Source: a virus
Direction: 5' to 3' (one strand)
Length of the DNA: 64,000 nucleotides
IMG/VR virus record: IMGVR_UViG_3300014656_000017
Span: 32,001 to 96,000 of that record
Below are positions 20,001 through 28,243 of the stretch, piece by piece; positions within the stretch are counted from its first letter, which is position 1; every line of letters starts with the position of its first letter. The position numbers were made by a program, and so were the translations under genes. The notes under the pieces are model-generated. The model did no database searches. It was given only the letters and a program-made list of their open reading frames with translations, and was not told where the DNA came from.

Positions 20001-21033
20001 TTATTGAATTTTTATATTGTTTTAAATGGTCTCTAATTTGAACGGATTTAATTTTAAAATTAAATCTGGTATAATTTTTTAAGCTGGTCCAGTTATCAAT
20101 AATATAGTTTCTATAATTTAATTGTTTGTTATTATTATCTCTAATAGGTATAAATACATATGAATCTTTGTTTTGTGTATTTATGTCTTTTACTTTAGTA
20201 TCTGTTAGAGTGGATAATAATGTATTTGAATTTTTGTATGCATTTTTGTTTTTAGAACATATCGGAAATATGTGTTCCTTCGAACATAAAATGCTGTGTC
20301 CTAATTCTGTTGTAAGGTTGTATTCTTCTTTAATTCCTGTATCTATATAATTATTTATATTATTTTGGAATTTTTCTGATGTAAAAAGGGGTATATTTTC
20401 ACATTTTTTTGATAAATTTACTATTTTATTAGTGCCCCATAAATATTGGTTTTTGGTGAGACAATACCATCCAGAAACTATATCAGGATAATCCTCTCGC
20501 CAAAATTTAACAAAAGCTCTTAACATTTCAGCTTCTGTTTGAAATTCATAATATTTGTGATCTGAAGCTAAAGATAAGTGTCGATGAGCTAGACCAAACG
20601 TATGATATATTTTAGATAAAGAATCGTATACCGTAATTAAGTTGATTGGATGCGCAGCCTTTTCAGGTTCAGGAAATTCAACAGAGTATGTTTCAATATC
20701 TAGAAAGAAAGTTTTAAGTGGATGTTTAGTAAATTCAGCAGAAGCATTTAATCCATTAAATTTGTCAATTAAATATTGATGTTCTGCTTTAAGATTATAA
20801 AATATTCGTTGAGTTCCGCAACTTTCAACATATCTACGCCTATCAAATTGACTCGGAAATGTTATTTTTCTTAAAGGAGTATTATAAATAGAAACAGCAT
20901 CTTTTTGTGTATTGCTTTCAATATAAATATAGGGATGATAATCCTCAATTTGTTCTATTCTATTGCCGCTTTCATCCCATGTCCACAAATGCATTTTTTG
21001 TGTTTTGGGATTATAAGAAATATTTCTATACAT
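17089..21033 (-). CDS. gp43: Family B DNA polymerase, intein-containing
   Basis: LDIET, FDIPY, FDANSLYP, KTILNSLYG, YNDTDS; ATG at 21033 has SD AAGGAG (the ORF track starts at 21075). Confidence 0.95.
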   Translation of the reverse strand: MYRNISYNPKTQKMHLWTWDESGNRIEQIEDYHPYIYIESNTQKDAVSIYNTPLRKITFPSQFDRRRYVESCGTQRIFYNLKAEHQYLIDKFNGLNASAEFTKHPLKTFFLDIETYSVEFPEPEKAAHPINLITVYDSLSKIYHTFGLAHRHLSLASDHKYYEFQTEAEMLRAFVKFWREDYPDIVSGWYCLTKNQYLWGTNKIVNLSKKCENIPLFTSEKFQNNINNYIDTGIKEEYNLTTELGHSILCSKEHIFPICSKNKNAYKNSNTLLSTLTDTKVKDINTQNKDSYVFIPIRDNNNKQLNYRNYIIDNWTSLKNYTRFNFKIKSVQIRDHLKQYKNSINIPTEYWQGKIFWKRKGWDYKNLQKYISDDMILEYLKNETVLTILLTQKFININLDEVISSDILRFLGYTFTDGCVDFKTFTNQYSSQHQYLVEKYSSIYNNIDTNCPSNIKVLSRLQQSDNNFYKRVSCNNKFGVLLPLIYNTENKKQLNISMISMLSYDQFIEFYSGLIDGDGNVADTQLNVCNYDKCYDIPNINILQQLLLWNGVISSVTKHNTGIPFINENKKFISDLNIWHQDRKNKLKNIKYYIKKNIISNKIKWFKIENGMLVKIKNIQKTGKNVEMCDIETQTHYFICNGIKTHNCERFDIPYIINRIENVIGEDWVYKLSPVGQVRYRENVEKQFGKEIGRWYIGGISCIDYWKAYKTFSRGDRESYSLDYISELELGEGKVNVSATSLTKLADTNWDKFVEYNVRDVELLVKLEQKLRFLQLMRTISYKGLAALESALGKVTVVTGAIAQQALKHNKIIPTFKHEEMGSYAGGFVRDITPGLYESIVVFDANSLYPNTIISLNISPETKIGKILSMSDTEVELKLVNGKMHTLTKDNFKTFIEKEKISISKAKVLYTQKTLGIVPEFVQSLYDERVKSVEEIDKINHSQSHTKKGSDKYNENIAALGRLDIIQNTLKTILNSLYGCFANRYAPLADIDHSGSITLTGQATIKAANDILDNFAKTEYGIDSNITFYNDTDSTVLTLEPILKKLKIPLLDETGEVSRQSFNIVKKLNNVLNTQIIEWAKNAINSLNPQFVFKREYICSAGIYEAKKYYILHIKDKSKGDTPLPTDKIKYVGVEVAKSTISKECKNLIKKVVETIIYTKSREQTIEVYKQIFEEFKKLSYEDIASRSNINGFDKYNNRMNGLVHAKGTPVHVKGAINHNNLIKALKLENVYDFIGSGNKIKWIYVMPNKYGFENIAFADKFPKEFESVIKPDYDKMFEKHIVRAIESRFISIGWRLIDFKNEYTCDLFEFFKV
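19093..20463 (-). mobile_element. Cis intein (457 aa) with LAGLIDADG homing endonuclease in the polymerase exonuclease domain
   Basis: SGWY|CLTKNQ...YFICNGIKTHN|CERFDIPY; FLGYTFTDG and FYSGLIDGDG motifs. Confidence 0.92.
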
Positions 21034-21052
21034 ACTAGCTCCTTTATTGACC

Positions 21053-21073
21053 GTGCGTGTTAAAGATGCGCAC
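21053..21073 (-). promoter_or_regulatory. 5'-UTR hairpin, candidate translational operator of the polymerase gene
   Basis: GUGCG-11 nt-CGCAC stem 8 nt upstream of the SD, in otherwise AT-rich DNA. Confidence 0.45.
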
Positions 21074-21089
21074 ACCCTTATTTTAATTA

Positions 21090-21117
21090 ATTATATAAAA
21101 TGCTATATAGAAATCAA
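21090..21117 (-). promoter_or_regulatory. Sigma70-like promoter for gp43
   Basis: TTGATT-N16-TATAAT. Confidence 0.6.
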
Positions 21118-21119
21118 GT

Positions 21120-22484
21120 TTATTTTTTTAATAATTGGTTTTCGAAAGGAACGGCTGCTTTTTCATCGGGATTTAATCGATATAAAGTTTTTCGATCCGG
21201 TGAGCCAATTTTTGTAAAGTATAATTCGTTAAATTCATCCAAATGATCATCTAACCACATTGTATCAGCATAAGCTCGTGCTTGTTTAGAATAGTTCATA
21301 TAAGTATCTTCATCTTTTAGAAGCAGTTTTAACTGATCAATCAAATCTGTCCCCTTATTAAATTTTAATGGGGCATCTTGATAAGTTACTAGATTTTGAA
21401 ACACTCCAGGAATTCCTAAACAAGCAGACTCTAAAAACTTAATATTGCTTTTAGCTTTGTTAAATGTAATATCTTGAAGAGGAGCAAATACAGCACTCAT
21501 TTTAGGCTCATAATATGCTTTCCATAAATCCATTAAAGGAAACCATTGAATAAATTCCATTTCTCCGCGATCAATAAAAGGTTTGCAAGGTAGTGGAAAG
21601 CATCCAACAAACACCCATTTAAAATCATTTCGTGTTTTAATAATCGCATCCACGACATGATGAAAATCATCTCGCTGATTTGTTTTATTTAATACATCAA
21701 TATGTGTACCCGATCCAACATAGGCAACTCGGGGTTTCTTTTTATTGTCTTGGTAATTCTTTAAAATTCTATCTGGTTCATAATGTTTATCCATCCACAT
21801 TTTAGCAGGATAATTAGGAACAACAGTAATATTTTTATTACCAGTCTTATGAGTATAGTAATCTTTCATGAACTGACAAGTTACACTAATCTCATCACTC
21901 ATCTTCATCATTTCAATACAACTGTTTAAAATTTGATCATTTTCAAATGCCACTTTACATCTATTAAAATCTGGAATATCGTCTTTGAAAATAATATCAT
22001 CAATTTCATATATAATTTTATAGTTATGATGTGATGCAATGCTTTTTAAAAATTTCACAAATTCTAATTGAACTGGAGTTGCTTGTCTCTGTAATCTAAC
22101 AGCTTTTATACCACCATAAAATCTAGGATCTAACACCATTGTAGTTAATCCGTTAATAACACATTTCTGGTTCATATTTAATAGCATTTCCGGAGCTATC
22201 ATTCTCCACCAGCCGCAGCCGGCATAATCCGCATAGTAATTAACAGCTCTGTTTAATCCTTGTCCTGGTATTTCAAGAGGAGGAGGAGTTCGAGATTGGG
22301 GTATTTGGTGAGCAATGTGAGGTACATATGCTTGCCCCACTGGTTTTCCCATAACATTCCCCATACTGTGATATTTTGTAGGTATAACTTGTTGAGCAAC
22401 ATAAGCTGGAGCCTGCTCCGGAACGGGATTTTTAAATTTAAGAGCCATTATCGATTCTCCTGGTGTATCCATTATATTTTTCAA
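21120..22484 (-). CDS. GT-B (GT4-like) glycosyltransferase
   Basis: GCGWWRM, YEIDD, APLQDITFNKAKSNIKFLE motifs; true start possibly at MALKF. Confidence 0.8.
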   Translation of the reverse strand: MKNIMDTPGESIMALKFKNPVPEQAPAYVAQQVIPTKYHSMGNVMGKPVGQAYVPHIAHQIPQSRTPPPLEIPGQGLNRAVNYYADYAGCGWWRMIAPEMLLNMNQKCVINGLTTMVLDPRFYGGIKAVRLQRQATPVQLEFVKFLKSIASHHNYKIIYEIDDIIFKDDIPDFNRCKVAFENDQILNSCIEMMKMSDEISVTCQFMKDYYTHKTGNKNITVVPNYPAKMWMDKHYEPDRILKNYQDNKKKPRVAYVGSGTHIDVLNKTNQRDDFHHVVDAIIKTRNDFKWVFVGCFPLPCKPFIDRGEMEFIQWFPLMDLWKAYYEPKMSAVFAPLQDITFNKAKSNIKFLESACLGIPGVFQNLVTYQDAPLKFNKGTDLIDQLKLLLKDEDTYMNYSKQARAYADTMWLDDHLDEFNELYFTKIGSPDRKTLYRLNPDEKAAVPFENQLLKK

Positions 22485-24237
22485 GATTTATAATTTCACC
22501 AGTAGCATGTTTGACTGCTTCTCTTTTATGGCTAATAATATAAATTGCTTCATTAAAATTACTAACTCTTTCTTGTAAAATCCCCATAACACATTCAATA
22601 CCTTTGTCGTCTAATGAACTATCTAATAGCTCATCATAGATCACTGTATTAATAGATACATTAGATTGGAGTCGACGAATATCAATAAAGGTAAATAACA
22701 TTGCTAGATCTATACGTTTCCTTTCTCCACCAGAAAAATTAAAATATGAACATTTTTGACCTCTTTCATTTAAAATGTTCTCTTCAAAATATTCATTAAA
22801 TGTGCAAACACAATTAGCATCTAATTTTTTGAGATAATAGTTCAATCGACCGTTCAACAATTTTAACATCTTTTTAACAATAAAACTTTTTACACCCTCT
22901 TCTGATACTACAAATTTAGCAACATCTAAAAGGTGCAACTTTTCTTTGTACTTATTTAGTTCAATATTTAATATTTCAACCCGTGTTTGTGCTTCATTTA
23001 TAAGTTCTATATATGTATCCTGTTCACCTTGTATTGTTTTTATATCTATTTCGGTTTGAGCACTCCAAATTTCTTTTTGTTTTATTTGTGTGGTGATTGT
23101 CTCATTTTCCATTTTAATTAATTCAAATTTATGTTTTTCATCAATTAAGATATCAATAATATTATTACATTTGTTCTTCTTGGTTTCAATTTCAGTTAGG
23201 GATTTATTAATTTCTATTAATGAATTATTAATGCTGTCAATTTCATTTTGATATTGTTTGATAATTTCTGTGTCTCGAGATTTATCTTTGGTGGTAAACG
23301 GCCTATTGCATGTAATACATATTCCACCTTTTTGCTCAATTTGATTGATCTTACCACTCAATTCTTTTGTTGTTAATATGTTTTGTATTTGTTGTGTAGT
23401 GATCTTTTTTTCTGTATCCGCAATATTTTTCTTTTTAGATTCTACAGTTCTTATTTTATCATCTAAAATATTATAGGTTTTAATATCTACATCTTTTATT
23501 GCATCTTTTAATGTTTTAATAGTTGTAATATTATCATCTAACCTAATTTGAAGATTGTTCACTCTATCAATTTTATTTTGATTATGAGCAAATTGTTGTT
23601 TTTTATATACTTCTAGTGACTGTTTAATTTCATTAGCTTTAACATTTTCAATATCATATTGTTTTTTTGCTTCATTTAAATCTTGTCTAATAACACTAAG
23701 CATATCCGTAAATAATGTGAGCTTAAATATGCCCTCAATAAAATTTTTCTTAGCTAAACCTTTTTTAGCTAAAAAGGGTTCTGTTTGATTTAGACTCATT
23801 ACAACACTTTGTTCAAACAAATCAGACCCTGCGCCCAATATCTCTTCAACTAATTCGGTTGTTTTGGCCATCGTACGAGAAATATCTACAGTATCTTTGA
23901 ACAATTGTACTCTAGAAGGATGTGTAGATCTTTGTAATACATATTCTGATTTAATCCCGTTTTCAATAACATCGAATAATAGAGATACTTCTCCACCCGA
24001 TTTATTATTCCAATTTATTAGATTTTCTTTTTTGATATCTCTAAGAGGCCTTCCAAAAAGAGAATAAAAAAACGCATCAGCTATTGCAGATTTACCTACA
24101 CCATTTCTACTATCTTCTTTGTCTTTATTGACACCCGTTATAATATTACACCCAATATTAAAATGAAGTTCTATGGGGTCTGAACCTATAGATAGAAAAT
24201 TTTTAATACTAAGTTTTTTAAAATAAATCTCTTTCAT
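22438..24237 (-). CDS. gp46: Recombination ATPase subunit (SbcC/Rad50-like)
   Basis: KNFLSIG, NGVGKS, CITC zinc hook, FSGGERKR, DELLD, ISH. Confidence 0.95.
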   Translation of the reverse strand: MKEIYFKKLSIKNFLSIGSDPIELHFNIGCNIITGVNKDKEDSRNGVGKSAIADAFFYSLFGRPLRDIKKENLINWNNKSGGEVSLLFDVIENGIKSEYVLQRSTHPSRVQLFKDTVDISRTMAKTTELVEEILGAGSDLFEQSVVMSLNQTEPFLAKKGLAKKNFIEGIFKLTLFTDMLSVIRQDLNEAKKQYDIENVKANEIKQSLEVYKKQQFAHNQNKIDRVNNLQIRLDDNITTIKTLKDAIKDVDIKTYNILDDKIRTVESKKKNIADTEKKITTQQIQNILTTKELSGKINQIEQKGGICITCNRPFTTKDKSRDTEIIKQYQNEIDSINNSLIEINKSLTEIETKKNKCNNIIDILIDEKHKFELIKMENETITTQIKQKEIWSAQTEIDIKTIQGEQDTYIELINEAQTRVEILNIELNKYKEKLHLLDVAKFVVSEEGVKSFIVKKMLKLLNGRLNYYLKKLDANCVCTFNEYFEENILNERGQKCSYFNFSGGERKRIDLAMLFTFIDIRRLQSNVSINTVIYDELLDSSLDDKGIECVMGILQERVSNFNEAIYIISHKREAVKHATGEIINLEKYNGYTRRIDNGS

Positions 24238-24446
24238 AACAAGTCTACAAATAAATCAGGGCGGGTTGTTAAAAAATTTGTTATTTCCTCTTCTGTTGCC
24301 AATCGAACTTTAATATAATCCACCCATATATCATTTTCAACACACAGTACACCTTTATAATCATCAAATTTTAATAAATCAGAAACATAATATGTTTTAT
24401 TATCAAATTTATTGACAATAAAACTTCCTCTTTTTATGTGTTTCAT
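24234..24446 (-). CDS. Hypothetical protein
   Basis: 70 aa ORF with ATGA overlap onto gp46. Confidence 0.5.
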   Translation of the reverse strand: MKHIKRGSFIVNKFDNKTYYVSDLLKFDDYKGVLCVENDIWVDYIKVRLATEEEITNFLTTRPDLFVDLL

Positions 24447-24453
24447 TCTTCGA

Positions 24454-24612
24454 TTATTTATGTCCTAATTTAGTAGCAAGCTCAGATAGCTTTACAATTT
24501 TAGCTAACACATCTATTGACGTTTCTGGGCATAATACTGCATACATAGACTTTAGATAATACTGTACTGCTTCTACAATTAACTGACTATTTTCATTTTT
24601 TTCTTCTGCCAT
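24454..24612 (-). CDS. Small hypothetical protein (52 aa, not in the ORF track)
   Basis: SD AAGGAG plus ATG; MAEEKNENSQLIVEAV...LGHK*. Confidence 0.55.
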   Translation of the reverse strand: MAEEKNENSQLIVEAVQYYLKSMYAVLCPETSIDVLAKIVKLSELATKLGHK

Positions 24613-24626
24613 TTTAGTTCTCCTTA
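24599..24626. repeat. 28-bp direct repeat, copy 1 (RBS plus start cassette)
   Basis: TAAGGAGAACTAAAATGGCAGAAGAAAA on the minus strand, identical to 25029-25056. Confidence 0.9.
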
Positions 24627-25042
24627 ATATATTTCCACAAATTTCTAAAACGTATTCTTGTTAATAGCCAATCAAACAAATTAAGTTTTTCATCATAATA
24701 TCTTAACATATATGTATTATGTATAGTATTATGTAAAATTTGATATACTATTATAAACTTATTTGTTTTAATAAAATCTTCGACATCTGTTAGAGTTGAA
24801 AATTTTAATGCACAGGCTTGGACCGCCTTTTTTCTAAAGTGTTTTATAACTATACCAACAGGGCATATTCCTTTAAGGAATTTCCCTTTAATCTGATTTG
24901 TTACATCAACATTTATTGTTGACGGGTCAATATCACTAATATCTATTTCTCCTTCTTTTAAAAAGGATTTCATATCGATAGGGGCTGCTGTTAATTGAAC
25001 AGTAACCATTGTGTATTTGTTTATTTTATTTTCTTCTGCCAT
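24614..25042 (-). CDS. Hypothetical protein flanked by direct repeats
   Basis: 142 aa ORF with a strong SD. Confidence 0.6.
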   Translation of the reverse strand: MAEENKINKYTMVTVQLTAAPIDMKSFLKEGEIDISDIDPSTINVDVTNQIKGKFLKGICPVGIVIKHFRKKAVQACALKFSTLTDVEDFIKTNKFIIVYQILHNTIHNTYMLRYYDEKLNLFDWLLTRIRFRNLWKYIKEN

Positions 25043-25056
25043 TTTAGTTCTCCTTA
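25029..25056. repeat. 28-bp direct repeat, copy 2
   Basis: Identical to 24599-24626. Confidence 0.9.
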
Positions 25057-25183
25057 TATTTTAATATAGTAATCTCCAAACTTTTCATTAATATATGTTC
25101 TGTTAAATGTAATTCCAATAGACTCTTGATCGTTTATAAACCACGTTTTGCTCCATCTATAAATCCTAGTATATTAAATTTCA

Positions 25184-25777
25184 TTAGACATATTCAAGCT
25201 CGCAATTGTTTCTAAACTCTTGAAGATTCATTGCATTTACATAACTAAACGCTGATTTTAATCCATGCTCTATCTCACGCAAGATATACTTAGCATGTCC
25301 TTTAAACGGAACCTTCAACATCTCACCCTCTACAAACTCATTCTTTAACCCTGAAGATACTTTATTTTCCATACTAGCTGAACCACCATACATCTTATAG
25401 TATCTTCTATCTACTAAATTAGTTCCTGGTTCTGGATATACATTTCCTGGAGTTTCTGTAGTACCTGCTAGTACAGCACCTACCATAACAGCATCTGCAT
25501 ACTTTAATGCTTTAGCAACATCACCAGAACTTGTAATACCTCCATCAGATATCATTTTAATGGGAAGCCCTTGTCTAACAATTTCATCATAACAAGAATG
25601 TAAGGCTCCTAATTGTGGATGGCCTACACCCGTACGTTGAGTTGTAACACAAACAGAATTATGAACAACCATTCCTTCTGCAATATATGAATGGGGGTCT
25701 CCAACCTCTAGGTCATAAACAGGCCCAGAGTATTTATATTTTTTAATATTAGTAATAGGAACAAGATTAAATTTCAT
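25184..25777 (-). CDS. guaC: Split intein C-part fused to the C-terminal half of an IMPDH/GMP reductase family enzyme
   Basis: MKFNLVP...VYDLEV..HSYIAEGMVVHN|SVCVTTQRTGVG, SDGGI, GDVAKAL, YGGSAS, VEG; SD GGAGG before the ATG at 25777. Confidence 0.88.
   Translation of the reverse strand: MKFNLVPITNIKKYKYSGPVYDLEVGDPHSYIAEGMVVHNSVCVTTQRTGVGHPQLGALHSCYDEIVRQGLPIKMISDGGITSSGDVAKALKYADAVMVGAVLAGTTETPGNVYPEPGTNLVDRRYYKMYGGSASMENKVSSGLKNEFVEGEMLKVPFKGHAKYILREIEHGLKSAFSYVNAMNLQEFRNNCELEYV
25658..25777 (-). mobile_element. Split intein IntC (40 aa)
   Basis: Block F VYDLEV and terminal HN followed by Ser+1. Confidence 0.9.
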
Positions 25778-26928
25778 TTCGCCTCCAAAAAATCTATGCA
25801 TTTCTTAATAATTATATCTTTATTTTTCTTATAGTCAAGTGAAAGAATTCTTAAACATTTAGCGCCAGGCAGCTCCTTTTTAATATTTGTCTCTCTAATT
25901 TTATCTTTTTGTACATCATGCCATTTTGGATCATCATACTCTACCCATTTGTTAAGATCTTTAATATAAAAATCTAATCTATAATACTTCCCGTTTTTCA
26001 GCTCTACTAAAAACTCATTATTTATATGATCGTTTCGTATACCATTATCATTGGTTGCAAAATATATATTTTTATATTTGTGTGATATATTTTTATAAAT
26101 TTCCCAAAAAATCTCTTGTGATATATTAGACCATCCATGAGTTTTTAGTTTTTTAAGTATTTGTTTATTTTTATATCTATAATCTTTCCACCTTTTTGTT
26201 CCATTTATTTTTCCATAAATTCTTATGAATTTTTCTAATGTTTGTGCTTTAGATTTTTTATATTGATTGTATATTTCTGTGCCTTTATGTATACCATATT
26301 TTTCAATATATTTTTCAATAGTATGTTTATTTTTAAGACGATTTTTATATTCTTTTACTTTTATATTTGCTTCCTCTATTGATAATCCTTTCTTAATCCA
26401 ATATTCCGGCAAAAAACAACTCACATATTTGTCAGGATACATTTTTTTATATATTCCGAATTTCAAGCCTGCATTTCTTGAGTTGTCACTTAAAATTTTT
26501 TGTGCTTCGTCTGATGTGTGTCCTCTTTTAATCCAGTATTCTGGACATCTACAACTTCCCGTTCGATACTTTTTCTTATTATTTGTATACCATTTGCGTA
26601 TTTTTGATCCTGCCTCCGCAAGAAACTGGCTTCTTTTATTTTCAATTTCTTCGCCTGTATACCCCTTATCAATCCAATATTCTTTACAATTCTTTAAACA
26701 TTTTCGGTGAATGCAATAATTGCAGTATTTTTTATATCCCAACACTCCATTAATATATTCTGTTGATTTATTACATACCTTACACACACCTTCGTTGGCT
26801 TTTTTAAAATGTGTATCGTAATAGTCCTTAATCTGTTTTTTGTTGAATTTGTGTTTATTAGATAAATGCTTACTGAAATTATACAAATTGCTGCTTTGTT
26901 TTTGACATAAAATACATATAGGTTGCAT
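25774..26928 (-). CDS. Free-standing homing endonuclease (Vsr-like/PD-(D/E)xK) with zinc fingers and repeated DNA-binding motifs
   Basis: C2H2 and CxxC N-terminus, 3x EYWIxxG, 2x EK(Y/F)IxxYG, C-terminal RLDFYIKDLNKWVEYDDPKWH; lies between the split-intein halves. Confidence 0.8.
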   Translation of the reverse strand: MQPICILCQKQSSNLYNFSKHLSNKHKFNKKQIKDYYDTHFKKANEGVCKVCNKSTEYINGVLGYKKYCNYCIHRKCLKNCKEYWIDKGYTGEEIENKRSQFLAEAGSKIRKWYTNNKKKYRTGSCRCPEYWIKRGHTSDEAQKILSDNSRNAGLKFGIYKKMYPDKYVSCFLPEYWIKKGLSIEEANIKVKEYKNRLKNKHTIEKYIEKYGIHKGTEIYNQYKKSKAQTLEKFIRIYGKINGTKRWKDYRYKNKQILKKLKTHGWSNISQEIFWEIYKNISHKYKNIYFATNDNGIRNDHINNEFLVELKNGKYYRLDFYIKDLNKWVEYDDPKWHDVQKDKIRETNIKKELPGAKCLRILSLDYKKNKDIIIKKCIDFLEAK

Positions 26929-26948
26929 ACTTATCCGCCTTCTATATA

Positions 26949-26956
26949 TATTTATG
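26949..26956 (-). promoter_or_regulatory. T4-type late promoter for the homing endonuclease
   Basis: CATAAATA 20 nt upstream of the ATG, same core as at 54464 and 60391. Confidence 0.5.
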
Positions 26957-27847
26957 CTAATTTGCTAATTTTTCTTGAGATTCTATCAAAAAATAATCAG
27001 TTGTTAATTGATCTGCAGGAACCCATTTGGCAAAAAGATGGATATTATCATCTGTAATTTTATTAACATCATTTTTATGAACAACATATATTTTATGATC
27101 ATTAGTGCACTTTAATGAATTGTTAATTTCAACCACTTCTTTACTATTATCAAATTTAAATGTTGTTGTAACTTCTTCGTATTTACCTGTATGAGTTAAT
27201 ACTATTTCACCTGGTTTAATGTCCTGTATTTTTCTTTGTCCTGTAGATGTTGTAATTTTTGTATCAGGTAAAAAACACCCACCCGCTATGCCAACTTTTG
27301 CTACATCAGCACCCCATTCATTTAAATCATAAACAGCTTCCGGTGTACAAACATTACCTGCAATTAAGCATATTTTAGACCTCTCTGATCGAGACCATTT
27401 AAACAATTCGCTTGTAATCCATAGTAACATTTTTTTTGTATGTTCATGATGACCATGAGCTACATCAATACAAAAGATTCGAGCACCAGCGCAATATAAT
27501 TCTGCAAACCTTTCTTTATCTTCTGCTTGTACACCAAGAGAAACACCAATGAGAGGTATATTATAATCATTATCAGGGGTTGTTACCCATCTATAATCAT
27601 CTCTTGCTTGTTGTATAGTATCAAATCTGTGTAAAATACCTAACCCACCAGCGTCCCACATTGTAGTTGCCATTTTAGGACCTGTAATATTTTTCATATT
27701 AGCAGAAATTACAGGAAGTTTTAAAATTACATTATTATGGATCTTGCTGGAAATGTCTACATCATTGCGACTAGCAATAGTGCTATAAACTGGTTTAATA
27801 ACTACATCACTAAAATGCTCTGAGTATTTATTGTTGTTCATATCCAC
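26957..27847 (-). CDS. guaC: N-terminal half of an IMPDH/GMP reductase family enzyme fused to split intein N-part
   Basis: FSDVVIKP, PVISANM, GGLGILHRF, IDVAHGH, AGNV, KVGIAGG|CFLPDTKI; no CBS domains. Confidence 0.88.
   Translation of the reverse strand: MDMNNNKYSEHFSDVVIKPVYSTIASRNDVDISSKIHNNVILKLPVISANMKNITGPKMATTMWDAGGLGILHRFDTIQQARDDYRWVTTPDNDYNIPLIGVSLGVQAEDKERFAELYCAGARIFCIDVAHGHHEHTKKMLLWITSELFKWSRSERSKICLIAGNVCTPEAVYDLNEWGADVAKVGIAGGCFLPDTKITTSTGQRKIQDIKPGEIVLTHTGKYEEVTTTFKFDNSKEVVEINNSLKCTNDHKIYVVHKNDVNKITDDNIHLFAKWVPADQLTTDYFLIESQEKLAN
26960..27277 (-). mobile_element. Split intein IntN (106 aa)
   Basis: Block A CFLPDTKI, block B CTNDHKIY, WVPADQL, then a stop codon. Confidence 0.9.
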
Positions 27848-28052
27848 ATTTCCTTTGAATACATTTATGATACCAAAATTTGGGGAACTTCCACCTGTAT
27901 TTTCTAGTCATATGGCTTTCACACTTTGGACAAAAACCAACTATGCAATCCAACGGGCTGTCAAAAAGTACGCGGTTAAGTGGTGGTTTCGGAGGCGCCG
28001 GCGGGTTTATGTGTTTTTCTGATCCATTTTTATTACATAGTATTATATTCAT
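27828..28052 (-). CDS. Small zinc-ribbon protein
   Basis: CPKC...CIQRKC; promoter directly upstream. Confidence 0.5.
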   Translation of the reverse strand: MNIILCNKNGSEKHINPPAPPKPPLNRVLFDSPLDCIVGFCPKCESHMTRKYRWKFPKFWYHKCIQRKCGYEQQ

Positions 28053-28059
28053 AAGACAA

Positions 28060-28087
28060 ATTATATAATGAATTTTAAAAAAAGCAA
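28060..28087 (-). promoter_or_regulatory. Sigma70-like promoter
   Basis: TTGCTT-N16-TATAAT. Confidence 0.6.
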
Positions 28088-28243
28088 GTTACTTTAAGGT
28101 CATTTTTATAGTAATTGATTCTTTGAAAATTGTCGATTCATAATTGGAGATTTGGCAAGATTCAAAATTGTAGTCTTTCGATTCGTAGCTGAAACTTTAT
28201 TCAATATAGTTAACCAAAGAAATATAATACTCACAATCTTCCT

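Noticed and set aside
25057-25184. Short gene between guaC-C and the repeat
   Set aside because: All three minus-strand frames are interrupted or lack a good start; at most a decayed remnant
25774-26956. Group I intron interrupting the IMPDH/GMPR gene
   Set aside because: Almost no non-coding sequence is available for a ribozyme core; the downstream half has its own SD and ATG, and both halves carry split-intein motifs
28089-28243. Small ORF or structured RNA after nrdJ
   Set aside because: Only a 42-codon GTG ORF with no recognisable features, and no convincing hairpin
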